Source: Octopus sinensis (Eukaryota). Taken from it: DNA of 64,000 nt. The stretch covers positions 38,700,464-38,764,463 of the forward strand of contig NC_043011.1 in assembly GCF_006345805.1 (NCBI RefSeq), in the 5' to 3' direction. The notes beneath the pieces are model-generated. The model saw only the letters and a program-made list of their open reading frames with translations, had not been told where the DNA came from and did no database searches. Below, in pieces: positions 36,830 to 50,910 of the stretch. Made by a program: the position numbers and the translations under genes. Numbering within the stretch: the stretch's first letter is position 1; the number at the start of each line of letters is the position of its first letter.

Positions 36830-37540
36830 ATAGGCTTCTTTCAGTTTCCGTCCACAAAATCTACTAACAAGCATTTGGTTGGCCCTAGTCTAGAGCAGAA
36901 GACACTTGCCCAAATTGTCATGCAGTATGAGGACTGAACCCGGAACCATGCAGCAGTGAAGCAAGCTTCATACCACGTAATGTAAAAGTAGTAAAGACCT
37001 CGTTAGATCACGAATGACCATGAGATTGCACCGAGAAAGTTCTCCTCCAAGGCACAAGTCCGGGCAAGGTTGTTTGTGGAAGACCAACAGTCGCCCATGC
37101 ATGCCAGCCGCCTCTCTTCATCACATCAGTGTTATCTAAGAGAAAGGCAAAGGCCGATACAACTTGGTACCAGTGACGTCACAGCTCATATCTATAGCTG
37201 GGTGAACTGGAGCAACGTGAAATAAAGAGTTTTGCTCAAGAACACAACACCGACTTCACGATCGTAAGCTCGACGTTCTAACTACTGAACAATGCGCCTT
37301 CACACCATGTCATATAACCACGATAAAGAATATACGTCTATGTGTGTAGTTATGCGTTTGTCCATCACGTGACAACCGGTATGTGTTTGCTTACGGCCAC
37401 GTAACCTAGCGTGTCGGCGGAAAAAGCTCAATAGAAAAAGTATCAGACGTTTCAAAAACAATGTACTGATATCGATTCGTCGAATAAAACTTTTCAAGTC
37501 GGTGCTCTAGCATGGCCGCAGTCTAATGACCGAAATAAGT
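36830..37540. mobile_element. Cluster of SINE fragments (family B minus, family D minus with tail, family B 3' half plus)
   Basis: Matches to family B/D segments seen elsewhere in the window. Confidence 0.7.
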
Positions 37541-37926
37541 AATGTTTTAAAATGTAAATAGTACCCTTAAAATTCAAAAGGAGCTTAAGAGGGCTAAAAA
37601 TCCCTTTGTGTACTGAATTTTAAACTCGTCATGGCCTATTTGAATTTTGAAGCCTAAACCTTGACCCGACATTGAGGATACCAACCCCAACACTTGACTC
37701 CCACTGGATTTTAGAAGCCCAGCAAAATTTCAAGGGGCGCTGCATTTAATTCCTGTCTAAAACGGTAAATATTCTACACACAATTCTTTAAAATATGAAT
37801 ATATAAATTGTAAACGCAACTAAAAACATGTTTTATAAAGAATTGATACAGCAAAACTTCAAGAGAAAGTTAAAAGAAATTAAAGTGTTTATATACAATT
37901 TATGCAACATTATACTACATACATAC

Positions 37927-37980
<54 letters not shown>

Positions 37981-38293
37981 TATACTCATTATTAGTTGTA
38001 ATAGTACTATTCCATCTTGTATGGTTTTGATTTTCTTGTTTGGTTTGATTTTGAACGGTATGTGTGCATGTGTGATTTCTTATATACAAAAGTGATTGAT
38101 CTCCAATCGGTTGTGTTTAAAAATATGAAAAAAATTATATATATAAAAAAAGATGCTGTTAAACTATTTGATTGGAATATTTTCTATTTCAATATTTATT
38201 GAATGTTTGCAAACTTCCTGATTTTCTTTACTCTCTATACTCTCCTCCCCCTATCATCAACCTCTCTGCCTCCTTCTGGGCCCTCTCTGTCTG

Positions 38294-38344
<51 letters not shown>

Positions 38345-39068
38345 TAATCTTTCCTCCTCTCTCGCGTTCACCCTTACAGCTTTTTCTCTTTCCATTCCTT
38401 CTTAGCATTTTAAAGTTGTTTTTTTTTCTGTCCGTATATCCTGTCTAGCTCTACGTTTTTCTTTTCCATTTTAACTGTTTAAAATTATTCCATATGTTTT
38501 ATTCTTTTTTTTTGTTTCATTTATTTATGCATTTGTTTATTTATGTTTTTGGTTGATTTTATTTTAAGATGAGCAGAATTCAGTAAATTTTTACTAAGAG
38601 TTCATGTTGCCTATCAACCAATCAAGATTTTAGGTTTTCAATCAAAAATTAGGACTAAAAAAGACACAAAAAAATATGCACACGCATGAACACACATACA
38701 TTAATATATAAGCATGCATAAATACATCTGTACAGCATTTGTACATATATATATATATGTGTGTGAGTGTGAGTGAGTGTGTATGAATATATATATATAT
38801 ATATATAATATATATATACACATACATATACACATACGTGCATATATACACGTATATATTTATAAATTTATATTTTTATATGTATGTACGTCTGCAGCTA
38901 TATGTACACATATATGTGTATGTATATATATATATGTGTGTGTGTATAGATATATATGTTTGTGTGTGTTTGTGTGCGTATATTTATATATATATATATA
39001 CATACATGCATACATATATTTACAAATTTATGTTTATATATATGTACGTCTGTATGTCTACATATATT

Positions 39069-39103
<35 letters not shown>

Positions 39104-39624
39104 GTGCGTGGTGTGTGTGCATAAATACATATATATGTATGTCTATTATATTTATATATATACATATATATTTATATATATATTTATATTTATATATATA
39201 TGTGTGTACGTCTATATGTATGTGTCTACATACATATAAGTGTATGTATGTATATATGTGTGTGTGTATGTGTGTGTGTGTGTGTGTATAAACATATATC
39301 CATACACATGTACAAAAAAACTTTAAAGATCTATTTAGCTATAAGTTTGAATGTATAATTGATTGTACCCCACCAATCCAACATTCACATATTGGAAAAT
39401 GGGTGTGTATATATGTATATATATTTGCGCGTGTGTTTGTGTGTATGTGTATGTGTGTATGTGTATCGAGAAACAGTGACAATAATAAAGCCAATCACAT
39501 ATTATAAATTTTATGTAAATTTCATATTTGTCATATATATGCAAATGTAAATATGTCTATATACTTACATATGTGTGTGTGTGTCTGTGGCTCCCTGAGT
39601 ATGCCTGTGTGGTATACGTGCCTG

Positions 39625-39664
<40 letters not shown>

Positions 39665-39728
39665 CGAAGCTGAAATTTTATTCATTCCTTATTAGGTCAC
39701 GCACCAAACACCTGTATGCACACTGTCA

Positions 39729-39767
<39 letters not shown>

Positions 39768-39987
39768 GAGATAATGGTTTCATTGAGACACAAAGGTGTC
39801 ATGTAATGCTGAATATGTGCAATAGACAGACCATGGTTAAGTTCCAGATTCAGTAATATTGCGAATAAAGGGTTCAATGTTGGTTCTATGTCAGCGAGTG
39901 TATATAAGAATTTTTGCGTAATAAGATTAAAAACTGAAGATGTATATATATATATTAGAGCATTTATAGATAGAAGGTCTACAGCTA

Positions 39988-40020
<33 letters not shown>

Positions 40021-40118
40021 GCATCGTTCTTGTATTTGGTATGCAAGATTCCTTATGAGAATTCATGTTTTGAAGCATATTTTGTCGTGTCTGGGAAGAG
40101 TCATTATATACATATGTG

Positions 40119-40206
<88 letters not shown>

Positions 40207-40213
<7 letters not shown>

Positions 40214-40863
40214 CAGTGCATACCATCAAAGTGACACTGGGGTAAAAATATACGAAGCCCAGTATACCCATCATGACTACCCGTCTGATAAGGGTACACC
40301 AGGTACATGTATCACAACCATATGTGCGCGACATGGTGATCTTACATCAAGGTAAACAGCACATGACCTTGCTGGTGTGTCCCAGCTAGGATTTTCGTGA
40401 GGTCGAGTAGCCTATCCCGCTCAAAAGCTCCCTGAATAAGGCTTAAGGGTGCTGAACAAAAATCCTATGTTTCCCATAATCAATTATCCAAACCCCAAAG
40501 AATTTCTCTCAACACATGGCTATGAAGCTCCCCCACTACTTCTGCTCGTGTTCAGAGATGCACATATTGTCAGCTACTAAGGGACATGCTCAAGTGATTA
40601 TGGTCAAACAACTGACATCAAATCTGTGGTATTGAGCAGAAAATTCGCTGTAGCCCATCTGTTATACCATGACGAAACAATGTACATGATAACACTTCCA
40701 ATCAGTTAAGACCTGAAGCCACGAGAGCCCCTGCCTGGTACTGCATCAGGGCATTGCAAATCTGTGGTATTGAGCAGAATATTTCCTGTAGCCCATCTTT
40801 TATACCAAAACAAAACAATATACATGAAAACTCTTCCAATTAGTTAAGATCAGAAGCCATGAG
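40207..40863 (-). mobile_element. Unclassified interspersed repeat family E, with a ~125-bp duplication at its right end
   Basis: Colinear with 61043-61800. Orientation is inferred from the microsatellite-abutting end. Confidence 0.7.
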
Positions 40864-41769
40864 TGCAAATTTCTGGTAATGTATGTTTTTATAAATGTAT
40901 CTAAGTATTTATTTACGAACACATGCACATACAAATACTTAGTTGCGTACAGGAATATACACACATATATCTACATACGTATTTAGGTGAATCTAAAGTG
41001 AATATTATGTGGGTGTGTGAGTCTGATTCACAAAAATGTTTTTTTGTTTCTCAAAATACAATAATTTCAAAGTTCAAATTTTGAAGAATTAAGGAAGCTA
41101 TGGAGCATTTTCAATTCAGGTTTTAATGAGATATTTTTTATAACTATATACACACATGTGATATTATTATCAGATATTTTTGTAAGCAATCAAGTATTTA
41201 CATAAGCATATATACAGACATATTCGTGTGCGTGAGGGAGGAATAGTGTGTCTGTGTATATGTGTTCGTTCGTATGTATGTAAGTATGTATGCATAAATA
41301 TATATATATGCATATGTATCAGAAATAAGCCGAAACGATCGTTGTTCTAAATTACGCTTCCAGTACACTCTTACATCCATATTAATCAATTAGAATATAA
41401 AGTCATATATAAAATTATATATATATATATATATACGTATGTATATTTATATGCACACACACACTTACACATATGCACACTGTCCTAATTTTCTTTTCTC
41501 CCTCTAGCCTCTTTGTGTCTCTTTCTATCCGTCTCTTTCTTCCTCTCTCCCTTCTCTCACCACCACTCTCTTTCTCCCTCTTCGCCCCTCTCTCTCTCTC
41601 TCTTTCTTCTCTCTCTCTCTCTCACATACACACACACAACACACACACTCACATAGAGACACAAACATCCGGTTTTTCTCAATAACCAAACTTTATGCAT
41701 GCTTCGTTCTGTAAATATAAAATCTCATACACACAAATACACACACACACATATACACTCATATATATA

Positions 41770-41998
41770 TTTCTTTACTACCCACAAGGGGCTAAACACA
41801 GAGAGAACAAACAAGGACAGACAAAGGGATTAAGTCGATTACATCGACCCCAGTGCACAAGTGGTACTTAATTTATCGACCCCGAAAGGATGAAAGGCAA
41901 AGTCGACCTCGGCGGAATTTGAACTCAGAACGTAACGGCAGACGAAATACGGCCACGCATTTCGCCCGGCGTGCTAACGTTTCTGCCAGCCCGCCGCA
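41770..41998 (-). mobile_element. SINE family A1, full length
   Basis: Nearly identical to 13870-14100. Confidence 0.92.
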
Positions 41999-42339
41999 TA
42001 TATATATATGTATATATATATATACATACACTCATATATATGTGTTTGTGTGTGTGTGTGTCTGTACATATATTTGTGTCTGAGTATGTCTGTGTTTTAA
42101 CATCTATGTATTAATTTTGTTGGGTACCTATCTAGCAGTATATTGGATATATATTATCCCATGGTGGGTTGAATTTTCAACCCCTATCTCATTTTATAAC
42201 CTAAATTTATCTTTTGAAGAACCTGAATTGCTTATACTGGTGTAATATAAGCATCCATTTATTGATTTAAATATTAATAGTGCATGTGAATACACCCTAG
42301 TATAGTATATTTGTTCCTTTGATCATTACTGCTAGAAGA

Positions 42340-45180
42340 ATGGAGAAAATACTGATCAATTCATCAATGAAGGATGTACCTATCCCTACCAAAGACCATT
42401 ACACTAAAGAACTAATTTATAGAATGAATGAATTCATCCACAGGATCAGATGGAGGATTTTCCACCATGAGAACTATAATAATAAAATAAACCAACAACA
42501 CACTGAGGAAACGATCCGTAATAGAATTGGAAGCACCTATGAAGAAATATTAAAACTAACAGGCACTACATTTAAATCTAGGAAGTCTCCTCCACCAAAT
42601 ATACATCTAGACAATTTTGAACAAGAACTATGGGAGACTGTAAAAAACATAAAATTTAGAAATCATCCTTTAAGATATAACCAGCACCAAAGAGAATTGA
42701 AAGACTTAATTAGAACTCTCAAAGGTAAGAGCGGCATTCTAACACATTCTGACAAAACCAACAACATCTACAACATTGACATTACTGCATATCATGATCT
42801 TCTACACAAGGAAATAACCAAGAATACAAAGTAGTACCTTCTAGTACACTTAGAAAACTGAACCTGGAGATCAGAGAAATCATATTTGACTACTACTAGA
42901 AGAAAAAACGGAACCCTACACCCCATCTAGACCGAGAATTACACTAAAGGATCATAAAGAGAATTTTCTTGGAAACACACAGGTCAGATTAATTTGCCCC
43001 ACTAAATCTGACTTAGGCAGACTAAGTAAACTCATTCTGGATAAATACCTACCCACCATCCGCAATAAAATCAAACTAAACCTTTGGAAGAATACTCAGG
43101 GTGCTTTGGATTGGTTTTCTGCCATTAAGGTCTGTGACAGTAACAACTTTAGCTATAATAGAAATAAATTTATACAATTCGATATACAGAATTATTACAC
43201 TTCCATTAACCCTATTATATTAAATAAGTCCTTAATTTTTGCTAGAAAACCACACTAATTAAGTATGGGGGAGATTAAGGGTATACTAACAGCCAGGAAA
43301 ACTTTAATAGAGTTTGATAATAAACTTTGGGCTAGAAAGGACACACCCAACTTGTTCGATATCACAATGGGATCGCCGGACTCAGCGGAGGTAACTGATC
43401 TAGTTGGGATGTATCTATTAGATAACTTTAGTAGGGAATTCCCTGAATTAAAAGGTGGATTATACAGGGATGACGCCTTATTTTGTGTTAGGAATACATC
43501 AAATAGGAGATTAGATCTTCTGAAAAAAAGAATAAATAATTTTTTAAAAGCTTCGGCCTATCCATTATCATTGAAAGTGAAAATTATTCTGCTAATTATT
43601 TAGATGTTAATTGTAATATTACTAATGGTTTACATGAACCCTATATTAAACCTAATTCTAACCTAATATACATTAACCGTTCAAGTAATCACCCCCCTCA
43701 ATTAAAAATGCACTAGTGAGGAGCATTAGTCAGAGAATTTCTAGTTTATCCTCAAACGAGGAAATTTTTAACAAACACTGTGATAGATACAATGCAGCAT
43801 TGCTTAAGGCAGGATATAAAAGTAAGATTTGGTTTATACCTAAGGGGAACCCCCCTAATGGAGGTAGAACTATCAGGAACAACACAAATAGATTAGGATA
43901 ATCAACATATATATAAGAATTGTAAAAATGGAATATATGATAACACCTATAATAAATGTAGAAGTGATGTTAACCTTGGAAAGGTGAACGGTAGCTCAAA
44001 TAGATCTAAACATACGGGTAATAGTAGGAATATTAATAATATATACGAATTAAAACTTATGGTAGACATGATAATGGTAAAGTTTACTTGCGCAATAACC
44101 ATGGTAATTTGATATAGATAAATATAACAATGACAGTGGTAAGAATAGTAATCCTATGAGTTGGTCTACGAATAGGATTTTTACAAATAACATTAATTCT
44201 ATAGGCAATCCTAATTCTGATAAGGATACTCTTTGGTTGATTATCCCATATGCAATGCAGATTAAAACAAACATAGTGGGAGCTTTGCATAATGTTATTT
44301 TTAGGCATTTTGGTAAGGATAAGAATAAATTTAGTCCTTTAATTAACAACGGTACTGTTAGAGTGGGATATAGCATTACTCATAATCTAGCCACCATTAT
44401 CTCCTCTTTTAATAACAAGAAACTGGATCACTTCTATAAGGATAGAAAATTGAATTTAGACCAGGAAAACTTGCCCCTCTTCATTAATAATAGGAATAGA
44501 AACTTTCTTGGAACAAATGGGAACAACCTCCTTACTAATAATGAGTGCACCATACCTGTCAGAGATAATATAAATGAAATAGATCATACTACTACTACCA
44601 ATACTAGTACTAGTGATAGGAATATAGCCGATAATGTGAAATTAACTCATTCGTTGATTTTGGGTTTGGATGATGATAACAATTGTAACACTTATAATGT
44701 GAATAGTAGTATAGGGGTGTTGTCCAATTTTAGATTTCCTCATTCTGTTAATCTTTGTAATTTCAGAAATAAAAAATAATGTGTATTTGGTAATCAATGC
44801 CTCAGGAAGGAGGTAGTTTACCAATGCACTGTAGATACACAATTGAGTAGTGGGTTGTATATCGGGGCAACTATGAATAGCATAAAAACAAGATGGAATT
44901 ATCACAGATATACTTTTAGGAATAAAAATAAAATGTACTCTACAGGGCTAAGTGCATACATTTGGGAACTAAAATAAAGAACTTAGATTTTAGATTAAAC
45001 TGGAAAATACTAACTTCAGCACCTGTGTATAATGGAAAAAATAAAAAATGCTCTCTATGTATTAATGAAATTTTCTTCATTATTAAAGCGGGTCGGCAAA
45101 TTATTAACAACATTAATGAAAAAAACTTCTTTTGTATTCATAGGCTACCGTTCACTTTTCTAGATTCAAATAGAACTTAG
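42340..45180 (+). pseudogene. PLE ORF (RT plus GIY-YIG endonuclease), broken mainly by 1-nt frameshifts
   Basis: SDKTNNIY, RITLKDHKENF, RLICPTKSDLG, FDIQNYYTSI, FDITMGSPDSAE, LYRDD, NYLDV, SNHPP; endonuclease CLRKEVVYQC..LYIGAT..KTRWNYH..CSLCINE..CIH. Confidence 0.9.
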
Positions 45181-46908
45181 CACTTCCACTATTATTAATT
45201 TTTTAACTCCCTTCTTTAACTAAATATACCTGTGGTCTTCTATAATTTCTAAAGTATACAATTTATATATTTTTATTATAATTTTATAATTTTTATAGCT
45301 ACATTTGTATAATAATTAATGGATGTGTCTAGTATTATTGGTTTCTTGTTTTTTGTATGTGGGTTTTGTTTTTGTTTTTAAGAGAATTGCAATATGACAT
45401 AAATAACATATTCATTTTGGTACTTGCCTTGTAATGTGTGATTTTTGAAGTTTTCCAATATTGCATAGTATATTGCATAGTATATATATATATCTTGGGT
45501 AGATACCTAGCTCTGGATAATGTAATGATATTGTATAATATGTAATATATGAGAGCCTTTTGTGAGTTTGGTGGGTTTAGGTTGAGTTATAGGTTTTTTG
45601 TATGTGTTTATTTGGAAGGTTTTTATTGTATATTTGGTCTTTTTGTACTCACCTTAATTTGTATCTTATGCTATTCACTGATAAACCTTTTTCATTTTTT
45701 TCATTTTCTCATTTACATGCATTATGCTTTATAATTATTACCAGCCTCATATATTTAGTTTATATCTATAGTCTTCTGGATCTGTACTTTAAACTATCCT
45801 TCCATACATATTTACTTTCAACAATATAACATATATATTCACTCTATTTATTATTTTTTATTTATTTTCCATTTTATTGTAATATTATCAATTTTTGCAT
45901 CTAGTCTTCTATTTATTTATTATTTGCCTATTTAAGTGTAGATGTTTACATACATATCAAGTCATCTAATTTGCTACCTATTTATTTTTTACTTATTTAC
46001 TTATACTGGGGTAGTTTTATACATACATCTATCATTTATTTTTATTTAATTTTAATAATATATGAATACATATATACTGGTTTGTACTTATAATTATGTG
46101 TATAACCGTATTTATTCCTTCGTATTTATTCCTTCTTATTTATTTTATCTCTTTTCATCTTAAGTCTTTATAATATAAAATTTATTTAAAATTTCTGTGA
46201 TGTTCTCATAAGCGTTTACATTAATACTTCCCCTTCTATTCTTTAATGCCTAAACTGGTATATTATGGCACTATATTTATTAAGTTAATAAGTGACTTAT
46301 TTATAATATTTAAATTAATATATATTTTATATTTATATTTTATAATTTAGCGTACTTAAAACCATAACAAACTTACGATAAATCTAACAACCGTATGTTT
46401 ACTCTGCAACAAACCGGTGTTATAAATTTTAAGTTACCCATGAAATAATTTTCTGACTTAGTAACATATGATATTTAAAAATAATTTATATCTAAATTAA
46501 ATATTTTATGGAATGCATGGATGGTTCTTCTTTTGTTATTGAGGCACAGTTATAATTTTGAAGGACTAAATTGTAGCATAGTTGCTTCCCTTTTTGTTTA
46601 TCTATGTGCTAGTTGTTGCTTGTAATTATGTATGTGTATAAGTGTATGTATATACATATAACTATGTGTGTATGTGCGATTGATCTGTAGATGCGTGTGT
46701 GAATATTGGCGTTCCCTGACTAACCAACCGTATAATTTTCTTTTGTGATTTAAATTTCAAACCAATAGCCAATCGAATTAATCTATATTTTCTTTACCTA
46801 GTGGTCAGCATTTCTTAACTCATAGTTATTTCGATCTTGTAAGGATGGACTTGGTGCTAACTTAACTGTATCTATTTTTTATTATATTTTTTTATTATTA
46901 TTATTATA

Positions 46909-46954
<46 letters not shown>

Positions 46955-47293
46955 AGTAATTTTTATTAACTTTTATAGCTTTAGAATCTTATGAACTGTA
47001 CCACGGATTTAATATTATTTTTCATCTCCATATATGTTAGCCTTTTTATATATAAAAAAAACTATTAGCCAAATATGTATAATATCGGTACTTATTGATA
47101 TTAATATATACACTATTATATATTTTGTTTTATTTTGTTCTGTTTACCTTCCTTTTTTGTACAAATGTGTATTATATTATATAAGTGTAGCATTATGATG
47201 TATAAGTTTTTATATTTTACATTTTATATTTTTATATTTATATGTATATGATTGTATAATATTTTTCACTATTATAACAAATTTAATTTAATT

Positions 47294-47401
47294 CTCTGAA
47301 GAGGCCGTGGGGCATCCTTGTTAATGCCTCATTTATACCTGCCTTTATGGCTTATAGGTTAAATGAGGTATGACTGTCCTCACTGCCGAAACAGCTGTCA
47401 G
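47294..47401 (+). ncRNA. Type I hammerhead ribozyme with an 85-nt extended stem II
   Basis: CTGAAGA (47296-47302), G..C-closed long hairpin, GAAA (47388-47391), CAGCTG, TC cleavage site at 47399; stem I has only 2 clean base pairs. Confidence 0.75.
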
Positions 47402-47768
47402 TTTTGATTTATTTGCATATTATATTTGAAAATTTTTACTTATATCTCTTTATCTTTTTACTATTACTGTATATCTCATTTCATTTTATGTATTGCCTTT
47501 ACTCATATGTAATGGTGTATTAAAGTATGGATTGAGTATCATCGGATAGTTGATGTTTTACTGATTTAAGTATATTTCTCCATTCTCTATTTTGTAGTAT
47601 AATTTACGGTAATATTATTACCTTTACCCATATAATGCAATAGATGAACTGATTGTTTGACAATTTTTAACATCTATGTATTAATTTGTTGGGTACCTAT
47701 CTAGCAGTATATTGGATATATATTATCCCATGGTGGGTTGACTTTTCAACCCCTATCTCATTTTATAA

Positions 47769-47806
<38 letters not shown>

Positions 47807-48425
47807 CGCACATGCTAGACAGATATACAGGCGTATATGCGTGCTGCACATTTATTGCCCCCTGGAATTCTCAATCTTCCTTCTATCTCCGGTTTTCTCT
47901 TCTGCGCCTCATACTCCCCCTTCATCGCTCTCTTACTCTCTTCTGTCTCTTCTCAACTCTCTCGTTTCCTACTATCTCAATATTTCTCCCACGCATTCAT
48001 ACCTGCTTTTGTGTGTATGTGTGTGTGTATTTGTGTGCGTATGTAGGTGCGGGTGTGTGTGTGTGTATGCGAATATATAGATAAGTGTGTGTGTGTGTAT
48101 GTACATATACATGCATCCATGTTTATACATACATACACACGCGTCCGCACATGCGTGTGAGCGTATGCGTGTGTATGCCTGCATGTATGTATCTCTTATC
48201 TTTTTATATTTTAATCATTGGACTGCGACCATGCTGTTGTACCGCTTTGAAGGGTTCTGGCAAACAAAGAGAGATAGAGAGAGATAGAAAGAGACGACAC
48301 AGACAGACAGATTGATTGATTGATTGACTTTATATGTATGTATATATATATATATAGTATATATACATGTAGATGTAGGTACGTACATATATGTTTGTAT
48401 GTATGCATATATTTTTATTTATCTC

Positions 48426-48460
<35 letters not shown>

Positions 48461-48559
48461 CATATATATATGTACGTATATATCTATGTATTTTAGTATA
48501 CAAGCCTATGCATCTGTAGTTAGACTTCACCTCGTGTCTGCGTTGCAATATATCTCAAC

Positions 48560-50060
48560 GTCATGAACCACAAAAACTTCTCACCATTAAGAAAATGCAC
48601 CAAACTAAGGTTGACATGGATCGCCTCTATCCACCAAAAAAAAAAAGAACGTGGAAGATGAATTATGCAGGTTCACTTGTCCGATAAATCAACCATGATT
48701 GTAAGCAAAAATATGTTAACGAAACCAGAAATTCGATGATAATATTAGTAAAAGATCACCAAAGCAACAAGAGAGTTTACTCTGTAATAAAAGCAACAGA
48801 AAAATACAGAAGGGAACTACGAATCAATCCCATAAAAATTACAAATGAATGTAACTCATTACCGGTCAAGATAACTGGTATCCAAAGGAATAATACAGTT
48901 TTTGAGGGTGTCAAAACATTAAGGAATAGATGGCAGCAAAATCCTCTGCAAGTTAATACACTCTTTCCACCCAGGACAACGATTCTTGCTGGGCACAAAC
49001 TCGTCAGTGGCTGGAAATCTACGAGGGAATAGGGTAAAAGGAAGTATCTCTTCTTCTTGCCCAAGGCTAGTACTTACTCACAAGGACCTACCAACTAAAC
49101 ATTCTCAAGAAAATATATATTGGGTTGTCCGGAAAGTTTGTGCCGATTTATAGCAGCTTACATTTCGACTTATTTTAGAACATGTTTGAGTTCATAAAAT
49201 AGGATTTGACAACACCTCCATTTAGAGCACAGTTTAAGCTATCTTTTCGTGGAAGAAGGTTTATGTTCCTATAAGCTGTGTTAATTCTGTAACCTTTTAA
49301 AATGGAAGATAGGAAAGTTCATTTTCGGCACTTGATGATTTGGGAACCAGACAAAAATTGCTGCAACTCGGCTGGGATGTGTTACTCCACCCTCCATATT
49401 CACCAGATATTGCCCGTTCGGATTTCCACTTATTCAGGTCTCTGCAGAATAGTCTTAATGGTAAAAATTTTAATTCCTTGGATGGGGTAAAAAGATACCT
49501 CGATGAATTCTTTGCCATGAAACCACCTCAATTCTGGGAAGGGCATATTTTCAAGTTAAAGGAAAGATAGAGATGCATTGTGAAATTAAATGGTTCATAT
49601 TTGGTTGATTAAAAATGTAATGGAAAGTATTTATTGACCTTTTTCTTTCCTTTAAAAATCGGCACGAACTTTCTGAACAACCCAATAGTACAGGCACAAA
49701 ATACAGACTTTGTAACGAGCAAACCGAAGCAATAGACTAGATATATTGAATATTAAACAGGACACTATGCATTTATTGGACACTATTCAAAGGCTCCAAT
49801 GCCCAGCATGCTGAAAACTGGCATAAGTACCGTGCTCTGCAAGTATTCGGAGAAAACGGCACAGTTATATGGGATTTTACTTTCCAAACAGATTGCGCTA
49901 AAGATGCCAACAGGCCTGATCGGCATGAATATAATATTTGGCAAAAACATACCTGTTATTGTGTATGGCTAATTTGTCAAGCACAATTTAGCAAACTTGC
50001 GGAAAATTGAAACCAGGACGTAAGGAGCCACAACAGATAAAAGTATTCTTCCAGACGCTC
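48560..50060 (+). mobile_element. Decayed R4/Dong-like LINE fragment interrupted by a mariner
   Basis: With breaks: KMHQTKVDMDRLYP..RGR, HQSNKRVYSVIKA..RRELRI, RWQQNPLQ, TRTYQLNILK | KYRLCNEQTEAID, VIWDFTFQTD..ANRPD. Confidence 0.7.
49120..49685 (+). mobile_element. Internally deleted mariner (566 bp)
   Basis: TIRs TTGGGTTGTCCGGAAAGTTTGTGCCGATTT / AAATCGGCACGAACTTTCTGAACAACCCAA; TA TSD; MEDRKVHFRHLMIWE joined to LGWDVLLHPPYSPDIARSDFHLF. Confidence 0.93.
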
Positions 50061-50099
50061 AAAAATTTCTTTCAGCTCAACGCTATAAATAATAATTCG

Positions 50100-50313
50100 T
50101 TCCAGGGGAGGGTTTAAGTCAGTTACAACGACACCACCACTTAATAGACACTTTTTAAATCGATTCCGAAAGAATGAAAAGCAAAGTCACCTCGGCGGAA
50201 TTAGAACTCAAAGCGTAAGATAGACGAAATACCGCTAACCATTTCGCCCGGCGTGCTAACGTCACTGCCATCTTGCCGCCTTCACCAATAATAATAATAA
50301 TAATAATAATATA

Positions 50314-50360
<47 letters not shown>

Positions 50361-50804
50361 GTTTCAAATATTGGCACAAGGCCAGCAATTTCGGGGAAGG
50401 GGGAAATTCGATGACATCGACCCCCAGAGCTCAGTTGTTACTTATTTTATCGATCCTGAAAAGATGTAAGCTAAAGCCGACCTCGGCGGAATCTGAACTC
50501 AGAACCTAAAAACAGACGAAATGCCGCTAAGCCCTTTGTCCGACGTGCTAACGATTCAGCCGGATTGCAGCTTTCACTACTACTACTACTACCAAGAAGA
50601 AGAAGAAAAATGGTTTTAAATTCTCTACAAGGGCAGCAATTTGAGGGGGTGGATAGGGGATGAGTCGATTACATCGACCTTACTTTATCGACCTGGAAAG
50701 AATGAAAGGTAAAGTCGACCTCGGCGGAATTTGAACTCAGAACGTAGCGACAAGCGAAATAAAGCATTTCGTGTCCGCCGCGCTATCGATTCCGACAGCT
50801 CGCC

Positions 50805-50810
<6 letters not shown>
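50100..50810 (-). mobile_element. Three SINE family A copies interleaved with (AAT)n/(ACT)n tracts
   Basis: Core and B-box matches at ~50170, ~50470 and ~50710. Confidence 0.85.
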
Positions 50811-50866
<56 letters not shown>

Positions 50867-50910
50867 GTAAAAATAATAATAGTATCTACACAGTTCTATA
50901 TTTAAGAGAT

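Larger units (their letters stand above)
42095..47772 (+). mobile_element. Near full-length Penelope-like element with pseudo-LTRs (C-terminal endonuclease; resembles the Hydra clade)
   Basis: Direct repeats 42095-42203 and 47665-47772 differ at about 2 positions; RT plus GIY-YIG ORF; HHR in the 3' region; microsatellite flanks. Confidence 0.9.

Noticed and set aside
42340-45180. Selenocysteine recoding of the PLE ORF, as described for some Naiads
   Set aside because: The breaks I traced are frameshifts and a TAA, not in-frame TGA, and the endonuclease is C-terminal, unlike Naiad.
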